Positions 47,441 through 62,030 of a DNA stretch of 64,000 bases are shown here, in pieces. The translations under genes and the position numbers were made by a program. Positions within the stretch are counted from its first letter, which is position 1. Every line of letters begins with the position of its first letter. The notes below the pieces were generated by a model. It did no database searches, had not been told where the DNA came from, and worked only from the letters and a program-made list of their open reading frames with translations. This DNA is from the human T2T-CHM13v2.0 reference genome, Homo sapiens, in the NCBI RefSeq assembly GCF_009914755.1, contig NC_060926.1; one strand, given 5' to 3'.

Positions 47441-50400
47441 AGTTATTTAAAAAGAAAACAAAATATATAATATTTCAAATGTAAGATAAGGAACACTATA
47501 TACAAACATTTACTTTCCAATCTTATTACTTGGTCATATTTCATTTAAATTAAAAATAAAACATATTAGACATAGCCCCTTCTTTCCACCCCCAGTTTAC
47601 ACTCCCACTAGCACTGGATGGGACGGTTTATCACTACTTTGACAATACTTGCCCAATTCAGACTTTTAAGTTTGGCTATTCTAGTGTGATGAAGGTGAAA
47701 TGGAATTTTGTTGTGATTTACTTCGCATTCCCTTTTACTGGTGAAGAAAGCTTCGATTTTGCTGCCTCTAAAGTATGGATGATAAAAGAATTGATCTTCC
47801 AGTGCTGCAAGGATTAAAAATTAAAATATGCTGAACTCATGTCCACTGACACAGGTACAGTGCAAGTCACAAGGGCATATCGCTATTGTTCCACAAAACA
47901 AAATTAACATTCTACCCAAAAATACTCTCCCTGCAGTTCCCTGCCATTGTTGAACAGCTGTACTGTTTCCATGTACAAAATTCTCATCCCAACTTAGTCT
48001 AAACTTCATTCTTAAAAGTATTTTTGTTTTCTGTTTTAACTACTTATGTATCTTCTTAGTTCTGATAGCGCTCAGTTTCACTGATTTTTTTCCATTGTTC
48101 TGAAAGATCAATATGGGTACCAATTTCCTCATAAGTTCATCTATTTATTAAAAATATACCTACATCACAAGCTGCTTTAGGCATCCATTAAGCATTTCTT
48201 AAGTTCATTTTCCTTTTATTTACTGCATCTGAACCAATTGTCAGAGCCAAGATATTTTTCCATTTCCTCTCCTTCGGCCAGTTTTGCATATAGTGGAGCA
48301 TGAATGTCACCTTTGTCCACCAAGCCCTCCTCAAACATCTGGTTGCCCTTCATATAAGGTACATGCAGGTTATGAGTCAGCTCTCTGTCGCTCCTTCTTG
48401 TATCTTCCTAAATTTCCCACCAAATTCTCTTTAACTCCAACAATTCCCAGGCCTTTTCTTGTCTTCTACCACACTTCATATTACCGATTCTAAATTACCT
48501 ATATGTCTCACTCCATTTGAAATTCATTTCATAACATTTTATCAGGTTATAGCATTTAAAAAAAATCTTAAGGGACCTGGTAAGTAAATTTATATGCATG
48601 TGTATACACGATTAGATCCTATAAAAAGTGTAATAGAAGGTAAGACACAATTAAGCTTTTAATCACACAGTACTACTACAAATAATGGTATCTCACTTAT
48701 TTTTAAAGATTTTTTTCATTAATTCTCATTATAATAATTACCAAAAGAATTTGGAAGTAGATCAGTGAAGGAAGGAAAAGAAGGAAATGTTAGGCTTGAT
48801 CTGGGCCTTCACTTACTTGAATGCAGAAAGCAAGTGTGATGTGAACAAAAGCAAGACTATCTCTATAAACCTCTAGCTCTATTTTAAAAAGTATTTATCA
48901 TGATATTTATTTCAAAATTATCAAATAAGAAAGTTTTTAAAAAATAGAATATACAATAATAAAGACATTTAGAAAATCAAATTGTCTGTTTTGATTCCTT
49001 CATTAGCTCCCCAGTATCTACAAGCTTTCAAGTACTTACAGCATGACACATAAAGGCCTCTGAGGCCAAGTATACACCAGCTACATTTCCTGCCGCACTC
49101 ATATTTCATATTTTGCCACCACATCTTTGTTATACTTCTTTGCCTGAAAAAGCCTTTCTACTTTCCTTAAATGGCTAACTCTTCTTACACATCCTTCAAA
49201 ACTCAACACAGAATGGCCCCACCCCCAGGAAGCTTTGCCTAAAAACCACAGGCTGATTTAAAGGCTTCTCCTTTATGCTTCAAATAAGAGGATCCTTGGC
49301 ATACTTCTTTACCTCAAAATGTAACATGTTAGATTGCAATTCTGTTCAGTGTTTAAAGGGCAGCATCCTTTTACTTTTGTGCCTAAGCAACCAGCATGGT
49401 ATCTGCCACCCGGTAGGAATTTTAAAAATGTTTGATGAACTGAATTGTAAGAATTATGAGATATAGAAAAAAGAATTTGTAGGTATATCTCATGTCTTCG
49501 AGGGGTTAGGAGAACTTGATATCCATCTTGAATTTACAGTACTGGAGCTCTGAATGCAGCTAGTCTCTGCTTAATTCAGCATTTGGACAAATAAAGTAAC
49601 TATTTTAAATTGCACTTACAAAATGTCAGTTCTAAACAGGTAGCCACAAAGTCTGGAAACACAGATAAAATTATTTTGTCATATACTATAATGTAATGCC
49701 AATAGACCTTTTGTTTTTACCACTGTTTCCAGACAAGGTGGCTACTTGTTTTTAATATAAGCTACTAATACAAATACCTACTGCAGTTAAGAACATCACT
49801 CTTTTAAGAGCCTCCAAAAATCAGGAGATTCAGGTAAGTGTCCTATCAAGATTTATCACTGATAAGTCTAGATCATCATGAAGTACATTGGAAAGGCAAC
49901 AGGAAGCAAAGTAAGCCCGAAGATTCTAAGGGAAGCAACTCCTTTCTACATAGGCATTTAAGGCATTTACTGCTAGCAAGCTTTCCCTAGGAAACTGAAA
50001 AAGAGATTTAACGTCCATCAAAAGTAAAGGAAGAACTTTCTCCTGGTGTGGCAGAAGTATGTGTTTTTAATTAGTCATTGATTAGAAGTATTGGTATCAA
50101 GATGGAAATGATGATGATTTTCAATTTCAAGGAAGAGATTATATTCCTCATATGTATTCTGCCAACAGGTTTTGTTTTTTAAAATATTTTGAACAGAAAA
50201 TATAATTCATAAACTTAATCCTCTAAAAATCACAATAGGAAGTCAGCTAAACTAACTCTAATCCAACCATTCTAGTATATACTATCCAAGGGCTGAAGTG
50301 TCAGGCAATGACTCCTAGGCCTGACTCTGTGCCAAGACCCTAAGGCCTAATGCTGTGTCTTCCCACCTCCAGAAAAAGAGTTAAACCTGTTAATTGTGAA

Positions 50401-51137
50401 CCAGGATAAAAGGTTGAAAAACGGAAATAGAGTGGGGGATTCCGGGGTGGGCAACAAATGCATGGTGCTTGTCACTCACAAGACGGAAAATTGGGTTTCT
50501 GTTGTAAAATATTGTTTACTTAATAGCACCGCTTAAGTACTATTTATTCAGTAACTATTACAATGCAAAATGGAATCTGCCTTTAAGGATTAAAGAGGAA
50601 ATTACCATCTCACTGTTAAAATTTTTCAATGCTTACAGTATCACTACACCCTCTTTTGGAGTAATTGCAAAGGGTCAGGGATGAACCAAAATACAATGCA
50701 TATAAATATTAAAAGAAACTAATATATATGTTTTAAATGGCACTGAAGTTTGAGGTTAAATGTTCTGGAAAAAGGATAATAAAAAACTTAATAAAGTATG
50801 CCCTGAAAATTGCAACATTACAACATATTTAAATAAAAATACGTGCTTGTAACTTTATAAGAACATTTCTTAACTGAAATATTCAAAGAAATAGCCTTTG
50901 ATAACAGCCCAGCATAGAATACAAACTACAGTACTTAAACATAAAATCACTGAATTTTGTCATCAATATTATGAAAAACTAAAGCAACTGACATTTGAAG
51001 TTTTCCTAAGTGGAAAGGTAGTAGATAAATGACTGCTAATGTTTCTGACAAAACAAATACCCATACAGTGCAGAAGATTTCTTTATGAAAAGAAGAATCA
51101 ATCAGTATCCTTTAAAAGTAGTAAGCCTAGGAATACT

Positions 51138-51433
51138 ATTTTTTTTTTTTTTTTTTTTTTTTTGAGACGGAGTCTCCCTCTGTTGCCCAGGCTGGAGTGC
51201 AGTGGCGTGATCTCGGCTCACTGCAACCTCGGCCTTCCGGGTCAAGCAACTCTTCTGCCTCAGCCTCCCGAGTAGCTGGGACTACAGGCGCGCGCCACAA
51301 TGCCCGGCTAATTTTTGTATTTTTAGTAGACACGGGGTTTCACCATATTGGTCTCGAACGCCTGACCTTATGATCCGCCCGCCTCGGCCTCCCAAAGTGC
51401 TGGGATTACAGGCTTGAGCCACTGCGCCCGGCC
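51138..51433 (-). mobile_element. AluS, CpG-rich
   Basis: TSD gaatactatt. Confidence 0.93.
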
Positions 51434-53401
51434 AGAATACTATTCTTAACTGCCAATCTTACATACAGAAAATGTGAATTACAATATACTATGCATGCAA
51501 TTTTAAGGCAATTTAACGATTAAGTGAAAGTGTTATTAACTGAATTCCTTGACTTCTTGTGTCTCTAAAATTAAAGCAAAAATATTTTCATAAGGAAATT
51601 CTCCCTTATAATTATCAAAGAGCTTTAAAACATGTTAAAATGTTCACTTAACAAAAGTAAAACAGAGCAAGCTTAAAAATAAAATTATCTGATTAGAAAC
51701 GTCAGCCATAAAAATGCTTGTATCTTCTTCAAATTTGTTACTCATATGCTAACACAGCGATTAGTCAAACCTCCAACTTCCTAAAAACGCATTCTATCTT
51801 AACCAAATCGTAATTCACTAATCAATGATCCCAAGAGAAACCGCAACCATTCTATTCACACACAAAAAAGGATGGTCTTCAATTACAGAAATTCTACTTT
51901 TAAAAAGTCTTGCCATGTAAGCAAATATATTTCACCTCAATTTTGGATCCCTACTTTAGAAAAAAAAAAAGATCTAAAATGTACAATATGTATCTCAAAA
52001 ATAAAACATCTATTAATACCTCCAATTATTAAGATACTAGAAAAAGTTTAATTGAGCATCTGCTCAGAGGAGGAGGATCCGAGGCAGATGAGTTTAAAAC
52101 TTTTGCACCGCTTCTATGGACCAGTTTTCTTAAAAAATACACAATCCTAGGGGTACACGGTCTAATATTTATAAAATAAGCACTTGTTGAAAATTACTTC
52201 CGAACAGTTCACCATAAAACTAAAAAACAGTGTTATCAATGAGAAAGTAGGTTTATTTTCCTTTAATAAAATTGTGCTCCTGGGTTCAAAATGCCAGGTT
52301 ACATACGCTGCCACTCATTTCTACAGAGCTATGCTGTCTCCGCGCAGACATTCTCATAGACTTGAAAACGTAAAGTGGCCACACCACGTCAAACGTCCCT
52401 GGCAAGGTTCTGCTTATCATTAGCACCACAGATGTAAACATTACGTCGACAAAACAATCGGTGAATGTGATACACAGTCCTCATGTGTTTAAATATTAGT
52501 GAAATCTGATAAGTATTACGATTTTAAAAACGTATTTTCTTAATTCCAATTTCCAAATTGATGTCAGAGTGCCTCTAGTCCAGACAGAAACTAATGCCAG
52601 CTACCAGCTGCTATAAAGCCTCTTTCAACTTTGTCTCTACTTCTCCCTCGGAGGAAATTCAAATGAAACGCTTTTCCCTACAATAAAACAAAGAGCCTGG
52701 GTAAATGTCAAAAATCGTTGGCATCCAGTAGTGGTATAGTTTGAGGATGAGTCGTGCACACTAAGTGGGTCACAAGGCATCAAAGCAAAAATCAGATCGC
52801 TGAAAATCACGGAAACAGCTGTAGCCCGTCTTGATCTCTCGCTGGTTTTAAAACACTGTTCCCAAGCAGTAACTGAAAACGTCCCACAAGATGAACACGA
52901 ACTTTCTCTAGACGAAAGGCAGCTGGGAGCAGGACGCGTCCACGAGTCCCGATGGGAACGCGCCCACGCCGCAGCTGGGACTCGGGAGAGGCTAGGGGGA
53001 CCGCGTGGCCTTGCTGTGGAAGGGACCCGCGCGGGCCCGCCGCGAAGGGGGCCCTGCCTGGCGCGACCTGGGGAGAGCCGGGGCCGGCCGGGTGGAGGGC
53101 GCACGGGGACACACGGACACGCACAGACACAGACACGCGCCCCGGGCTGAGGAGGGTGGTGGGAGGACCGCCGGCCGCCCCCCGCGCGGAGCCCCAGGGA
53201 ACCCGGACTCCAGCCGCAAAGCGGAGAGGCGCCAGCAGCAATCAGCCACCTCAGGGGCGGCGGAGTCCAAGCCCCTCTCAGCCGGACCGTACCGCCTAAA
53301 CCCTCCTCGGGTCCTCCTTCCTCACGTATGAGGTCTCTGTACCGAGGCGGCTGGTTCCATCGCAGCCCCGAGCCAACCCGCCAATCCCGCAGGACACTAA
53401 C

Positions 53402-53670
53402 CGCTCCGGCCGCCGCAGGTTCTCCCGGGACTGCCCCCTCCAGGGGGCCGCTGTCCCGCCCCACGCCGGGGGCCGCCACAGGACGAGTTCTCTAGCTCCA
53501 GCCGGGCGAGGCGCCAGGGAGCTCCGAACGTGGCAGGATCCACTTTTACTTTTCCAGACAAGGGCCGACGGTTGTGACCTGGCTTCTCGTGAAGTGACTC
53601 CTGGCGACAGCAGCGGAGAGGACTACCGAAGCTTGCAGTCGCGGTTTGAAAACTGCAGCCGCGTCTGGGG
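53402..53670 (-). other. STK17B: STK17B exon 1 (5'UTR, non-coding); TSS approximate
   Basis: Donor GCG|GTTAGT at 53402/53401; inside CpG island just downstream of CCAAT/E-box/GC boxes; no ATG between 53402 and 53670; matches my recollection of the DRAK2 mRNA leader. Confidence 0.85.
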
Positions 53671-53708
53671 CATCGCCGTTCGCCAGATCCCTCCCCCTAG
53701 GTCGGGAG

Positions 53709-53843
53709 AGCCAATCGGAACGGGTGCGGAGGGTGGGTCTGTCACGTGACGGGAGGGGCGGGGCACCGGCCGGGGGCGCGTGTGCGGGGCGGGGCCCGGC
53801 GGTGAGAGGGTGCGGCGCCTGGCTGGCCCGAGGCGGGGCGGGG
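53709..53843. promoter_or_regulatory. Proximal promoter motifs: NF-Y CCAAT box, palindromic E-box, Sp/KLF GC boxes
   Basis: AGCCAATCGG 53709-53718; GTCACGTGAC 53741-53750; GGGGCGGGG at 53755, 53786, 53835; no TATA box. Confidence 0.75.
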
Positions 53844-55865
53844 AGGCGCGGCGGCGTGGCGGCGCAGGTGGGGCGCACTCGGGCTGCCGCGAGGGAGGGG
53901 CGGAGGGGGCGGCGCTGCAGAGGGGGCGCGCGGGGCTGGAACTACTGCTCTGTGTACTCCTTCCCACCTTCAGAGAGGTCAGTTCGAGAGGTGTGAATAT
54001 CCGGAGACCGGGGAGAAGGAAGCCGCAAAATTCGTCCCAGCTGCCTGCGACTAGTTACCAAACTTCAGTGCCTACCAAAGACCTATTTTCTGACTCTTCT
54101 TGAGAGTCTTCCTTAGGACCGGAACGTACCCTGTAAGTGGAGAACCCAGTTTGCTACAACTTGGCAGAGGTTCCTCGGAGTGTCAACATCAGTTGGGGAT
54201 TTATGGAACCTAGACCCCACTGCTAACGTCCGCTGTCGCGAATGGTGTCCCTTCTGAGGCATTGACTGAAGGCAGTGTAGGGAGGGTCCCAATAGGCTGA
54301 ATAGCCGATTTTGCATTTATAGTGCTAAGGAAAAAATGAAAGCCCTCAGCAACCTACTCAAGATCTGTTATCCTTTGAAGACAGTGGAAATTTTCAAAGT
54401 TCTGTGCAAGACACAAATGTTTTACATAGATATATAATCCTAGTTTATATGTATAGGATACACACATACTCATACATATATGGGATTAGTTATGTAATCT
54501 AGGATTGCTTTCAGAGGACATTTACGATAATTGCAGAAAACCCTTCCGTGGGAAAGGATACTGGGAGTGGAGTCGTCCTCTTGCTTTCAAAAGACTTAAT
54601 GTTCAGTTAGCATATAAAGGACAGGTTTTCTTGTTCTATCCCAGTAAGCCAAGCAAATTCCTGTGAAGCTAGCTGTTTCCCTTTCCTACTGCATTTTCCC
54701 CAAGATAAAGGTATAGAATGCATCACAGCCCTTTTATGAAGTCTGTTTGTTGTTACTTAGGTTAACTCCTCCTCCCAGGTTAATAATGTCTTGCCCCTAA
54801 ACCTTGTCAAATGGAGAATATTGCTTCCATCTATCTAATTTCTTGTTGCTAACAATTGGGCTGACTAGAGAAGCCTAAAGTTAGGATGAAAATAAAATGC
54901 CACACACTGGAATTAACTTTTCTGGGGTATAAGAATCCGTAAGCAATGAGACTGTTCCCATCTTTTCTTTCATGAGCATAGGTGTTGCATTCCAGAGGTC
55001 TCAGCACCAGTACCAAAACTAGTAACCTCTTGGGGGTCACAGGATTACATCATTATGGTGGTTTTGGGGTTGTATGTTTAACTTTGGACCTCCTTAATTT
55101 CAACATTTCATCAATTGCCAGCTTTTAGCAATCTTCTCACACTCACCCCATACTCCCCGTCACTAATCCAGTCCCAGATCACTTCACACCTAGACACAGA
55201 CTTTTCTCTCTCTGGCACCACTGTAAGCCAGTCCTCTTGGTCACAATACCTCTGCTGTAACCAGCCAGCCTCCTAGGGATATTGTCATGTCTTGCATTTT
55301 CCTGCTTCTGCCTTAGCTCCAGCTTATCACCATCCTCCTCATCCATACCTGTTCATCAGTTTCTGACTTTAAGAAGGTTACCCTCTTCAGGAATCAGAAC
55401 TCTGCTGATTCCTACTTTCTGTTCCCAGCCTGATCACCTCTGCCTTATGTTCTTTGGTGCAGGGCTGATAGTTTGTGTTTCTTTTATGACCCTAAATAGA
55501 TTGTTAACCCTTGTGCCTGATGTCAGATTTGTTAACTAGGACTTACCACACTATCCCAAGGACATTCAACTACACTTACTTGGTCTCAGGCACTGTGGTT
55601 CAAGTAACAAGGAATTCCTGGTGCTGAGGAGGAGGCAGTACATCTGTGGCCTTGCAGGAAAATTCAGAAGTCAATACATTCCTCCATCCACCTCATTTAC
55701 CTAAACTCATTCATCACCGTGTCAAAGATATATGTTCCTGCTCTCATTCCCTTGAGTAGGAAATCTCCAGGTGACCTGATGGTCATTCTGTGGTCATTGC
55801 TTCTGACCACACAGTTCATTAAGTTGACCATCCTTGAATGACACATTCCGACCAGGGATGGCGGT

Positions 55866-56240
55866 TGTTATGGGCTCAGTTGTGTTCTTTTCCAGTTCAT
55901 ACGTTGAAATTCTAACCCTCAGGAACTCAGAGTATGACCGTATGTGGAGATAGGGCCTTTAAAGAGGTAATTAAGGTAAAATGAGATAATATGAGTGGCC
56001 CCTGATCCAAGATGACTGGTGTCCTGATAAGAAGAAATTAGGACACATACAACACTGACTAAGGGACCACCCTGTGAGGACATAACAAGAAGGTGGCCAT
56101 TTGCAAAGCAAGCAGAGAGGTTTCAGAAGAAACAAGACCTGCTGATATCTTGATCAACAGCCTCTAGCCTCCAGAACTGTCTGTTGTTTAAGCTGTCCGC
56201 TCTGTGGTATTTGTTATGGCAGTCCAAGCAAACAAATACA
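55866..56240 (+). mobile_element. MLT1A/B-type MaLR solo LTR
   Basis: TG...CA termini, 5-bp TSD gcggt/gtggt, typical MLT1 body. Confidence 0.88.
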
Positions 56241-57071
56241 GTGGTCCTCCTGGATCACTCCAGGTTAGTAATCACACACTGACTGGGAGCGATGATCGTT
56301 CCCAGTCACTGCTTACCACATGTGGCCAGGGAAGGTGATCCTCTCCGGTAATGGCACGACACTCACCATATTCTGTCCAGGGAAGGGACCTTCCCCAGTC
56401 ACATCAAGTCAGTCACCGCATACTGACCACATAATGATCAAGGAAAGTGATTCTCACCGATTCCATGTTTACTCCCTGTAGATGCAGAAAAGGAGGGTTT
56501 TGCACAGAGCAGAAGGCCTCAAACTCAAAACTCTTGCCACTGACACACCCTCCTTCTGAAGAATTCATGTGGAAAAGGCAAAACAAGCTCTACTACCTGT
56601 CTAGAACTGAATATACCAGAAACCTGTGGCTAGGCTAAAGGTAGCCAGACGCAGGCAAGGCCAACAGCCTCTGAAGGGGCGTGGCTCAACCCCCCACCCA
56701 ACAGGGGTGCTCACTGAATGGAGACAGGCTCCTCCAAACAGATCCCCTCTCTGGAGGTAGGAATAGTGAGTGTACTCAGATGGAGATGTCGCAGTGCATT
56801 TACTCATGGTGCCTACAGCACATTGCAATTTTGAAAGCACTGAGAACCAGAGAGACTCTAAGAGACCTCACATCCCCTGACTCTCTTGAAACACTATTAG
56901 CAAAGCTAATTGGGGCTAGTTTTGTCTGATGAGAGTAATAACTCAGACTGGTACAAGTGTCTTCCTTAAAGGGTGACACAGCTTTCCTCTCCAAAACATC
57001 CATGATCAACTAGGGCCAATATGCCAATCCAACCACTCACTGCAGTTTATAGAGTATAACCTGTCCTGTAA

Positions 57072-57847
<776 letters not shown>

Positions 57848-58584
57848 TCTGAAGGGCTAGAAACGTGCCTTCTAATTGTGTCTAAATTTCCAGTGCTAGA
57901 GACAATCAGAGCAGTCTGGAGCTAGAAAAATTCTTGCAGTTCAGTAACCCAACTCCCTTGTTTTAGAAGGGAAGAAACCTACAGTGAGAGAAGTTGAGGG
58001 ACTTGCAAAAGATCACACACCTAAATTCGGTGGTACATATCTGAACAATAATTTAGGTCTCCTGACTCTTAATCCTAAGATATTATTTAAGCCTCTTCAC
58101 ATCAGACATACTTCAGAATAAAGTAATTTTTAAATTTATCTGAATCATCACTCCGATGATACAGGCAAGAGAAAGCAAACCTGTATCCCAACTGCATTCT
58201 CATAACCTGATAAGAGCACACCCTACAATATTTAAGGCACCCTCCTTCCACTCTGTCTTAGGGTCCATGTGGTTTCATCTGTCAGCTCTCTTACCTCAAT
58301 GCATCACTGCTTCCTCTCCTTGGAGCCACCTGGCCGAACATCGCTGCCGCCCGCCCACAGAGCATCCGGCCACATTTTTCTGTCTGCAGTTTTCCTCTCC
58401 CAGGTGTCTACCACACGTTATTTAAGGTTGTGCTTCAGAGAATCCTTTATATTTGCAAACCAAAATATTCAGTAGAAACTACAGTAAAGTTGTAGAAGAG
58501 CTGCTATGCTCCAGCCACAAACACACCAGGCTCTAAAGTTCTACCTCGTGAGAAGCTGTGAGAGAGAAAGAGAAGATATATGTG

Positions 58585-58790
58585 TGGTTAAGTGTGTGAC
58601 ATCAGGCAGCCCTGCCTTCAAGTCCCAGTTCTGCCCATTCCTTGTGTGATTTTGGGCGATCCTCAGTTTTCTCATCTGTGAAATGGGGATAATAATAATA
58701 GCTACCTCCATGAGATTGAAATGGGATAATGCATACTAAGAACAGTGCCTAACAAGAATAAACCCTTGGTTCTGTTCCTACAAGCTATTA
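58585..58790 (+). mobile_element. MIR
   Basis: CCTCAGTTTTCTCATCTGTGAAATGGGGATAATAATA core. Confidence 0.75.
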
Positions 58791-59956
58791 TTATTTACCA
58801 GTGCTTTGCCAGCTCCCCATGTGCACTACTGCGCCCTGTGACTAGCAAGATGCTCAAGACATTGTGGGTTCTATATAAATATTTGTCAAATGGCTTTATA
58901 AGATACTTTTGATTTTCCTCACATCTTATGGTTGATGCTAGTAGGGATCATTGGGAGAAAAATGTCATTGGAAAGGAAAGGGGAGAGGGAGGTGACTGCT
59001 TTTCCTTTCAGTATCTATCTGGTGGAGACACCCAAGTTCGGAATGAAGCTCTAAGGGTCAACAAATGGTGGAGTCCAGGGGGCCGTGTGAGATAAAGAAA
59101 TTAGTCACTAGTGTTTAAAGGAAGTAGATATCAAGTGGTGCAAAGAAATAAATACAGGGTATAAATATAGGGTGCTGTCTATTTGATTTGAGTAGATAAC
59201 GCCTACTAGCTCTCCCTAATAAATCTCTTCCTTTTTCACTTTGCTAAGAAACTTCCTCTGCCAACTGCATATACCATGAATGACAACCTGCTATCACATT
59301 CTCCAGGGTACATGGCAGGTACCCTTCCAGAAACCCTTCACGTAGTGAGTCTTCTTACAGCAGGCAGTAGCAGATATAGATAAGGCAGAGCCAACTTTTA
59401 ATCCCCAGCAACTCCCTCATTAGGAGTGATCTTTGTGTCAACTGGTGTAAGGTGATAGCATGAACATTGAGAAGGCCAATCTACTCTGAAAGTTGAGCCA
59501 TTTTGTGGCATAAAAGCATTAGTAATGTGGGAAATGGTACTATTCCTGATTATCACAGCATTCCTGACATTGAGAATATTCAAAGATTCTTGAATCTTTT
59601 TAGTAGTTGGCCTTTCCTTTAGATTTATAGAGCAGCATTTCATGGCTTCACTTTTACCGAAGAATCAGTAAGTTCAGAGCTGTTCAGAAACCTTTAAAAG
59701 GTCACAGATTATGAGAGAATGGTTCTGTAATTTACCAGCTGTGAGATCTTGACCAGGTTAGAAAATCTCTGTGCCTCTATTTTTCATCTGTAAAATGGAG
59801 ATAATATACTTGCCTCATAGTGTACATGGCAACAACAGTTCATAAATAATGAAACTGGCACTGTTCTAAATGTGTTGCTTATGTTAATTCATCTAATGCT
59901 CACATCCTCCTATGAGTTACAGTGCTATATTTTCCTCCTTTAAAGATAAGAAAACT

Positions 59957-60638
<682 letters not shown>

Positions 60639-60867
60639 TACACAGACTTTTACTGTGTGGATATTTAATAACTAGCTACTAACAAAAGAGCACACCTTCT
60701 TGGGTGTTTTATTCATCTAGTTCCTGGAGTCCTTGTTCTTTTCAGCCTTTTGTTTCTTCTCATATCTACCATTCCAAAATTGCTTTATTGTTAAAATAAC
60801 TTTTCAAGTATATAAAAAATGCAAAGGGAGAGGGCTCAGAGTTAGAGACATCTGGTCGAAACTCCTG

Positions 60868-62030
60868 TTTAGCTTAATATAGATACAGATGTTTACATAT
60901 AGAAATATTTATAGGTTATGTGTATATACATGGGTTGACATACACATGTATAGCTCCTTGCTCTGTTAGCTGAGGGTGCCTAAAAAGTAATGACACCTCA
61001 GAAACAACAGCATGCTTAGCACTGAGGTCTTAGTCTCTAATATCATTCTCCAAGAAAAGGAATCAAAGCTCCTTGGAGAAATGGCTGCTTCTGTGACTGA
61101 GGATGGAAATATACAGATGGGCCTGAAGTATCTTGTAGTCCAGAAAGAAGGAAGTGCAAGCGAACACCACCATGCAATTATGGGGGCATTCAAAGAGAAG
61201 GGAACCAGGAGCCAACTACAAGAGCTCACAATGGCCAAAGCTAGGACAATTTGAGCAACATAAGAAATAAAGCAGTAGTAGACTATAACCCAAAGTATAA
61301 AATAAATGTCTATGAATTCATACTGACATAAATAAATGGTTGAAAGAATAGACAAATCTTCCATACAGAAGAAATATGAGCAATTTATGCAGATACTCCA
61401 CCCTCAAGTCGGTGGAGCATAACTCCCCACTCCTTAAGTGTGGGCTGCCCATAGTGACTTTCTTCCAAAGACTGAAATATAGGAAGAGATGGGGAGAAAG
61501 CACCTTTAGGGTGGAGAAACCTGACGAAACCTACCTCAAGCCAGATGATCAAGGTTAAGGTCAGTAGTCATAAGTCATAAGTCATGATGTTATGTATCCT
61601 TAATATAACATGATAAGTATGATACTTTGCCTGTGTAGTCTTCCTCCCAAAAACCCACAATCCCAGTGCAACCATCAGAAAATCATTAGGCAAATCCCAG
61701 TTGAGGAACATTCTATAAAATACCTGACCTATACTCCTCAAAACTGTCAAGGCCATCCAAAACAAGGGAAGTCTGAGAAATAATTACAGCCAAGAGAGAC
61801 CTGAGGAGATGTGACGACTAAGTGTAGTGTGGTATGCTGGGTGGGAACCTGGAATAGAAAAATGATGCTAGGCAAAAACTAAGGAAATCTTTATTTAATA
61901 ATAATGTATTAATATTGGTTTATCAGTTGTGACAAATGCACCCTTGCTAATGTAAGATCCTATAATAAAAAGGGAAATTGGTTGGGTATGAATCTAAAAC
62001 TGCTCTAAAATAAAAGGCTTTGTTTAGAAA
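60868..62030 (+). mobile_element. L1MC/L1MD-type 3'UTR fragment
   Basis: GGTGGAGCATAACTCCCCACTCCTTAAGTGTGGGCTG, AAATCCCAGTTGAGGAACATTCTA, ends CTAAAATAAAA. Confidence 0.75.

Larger units (their letters stand above)
52900..54050. promoter_or_regulatory. CpG island / STK17B promoter
   Basis: Abrupt GC- and CpG-rich stretch in AT-rich background, spanning exon 1. Confidence 0.95.

Noticed and set aside
52637-54103. Long overlapping ORFs (up to 280 aa) across the CpG island
   Set aside because: Pro/Arg/Gly/Ala-rich, on both strands, mostly non-ATG starts, crossing the exon 1 donor; expected from stop-codon scarcity in GC-rich DNA
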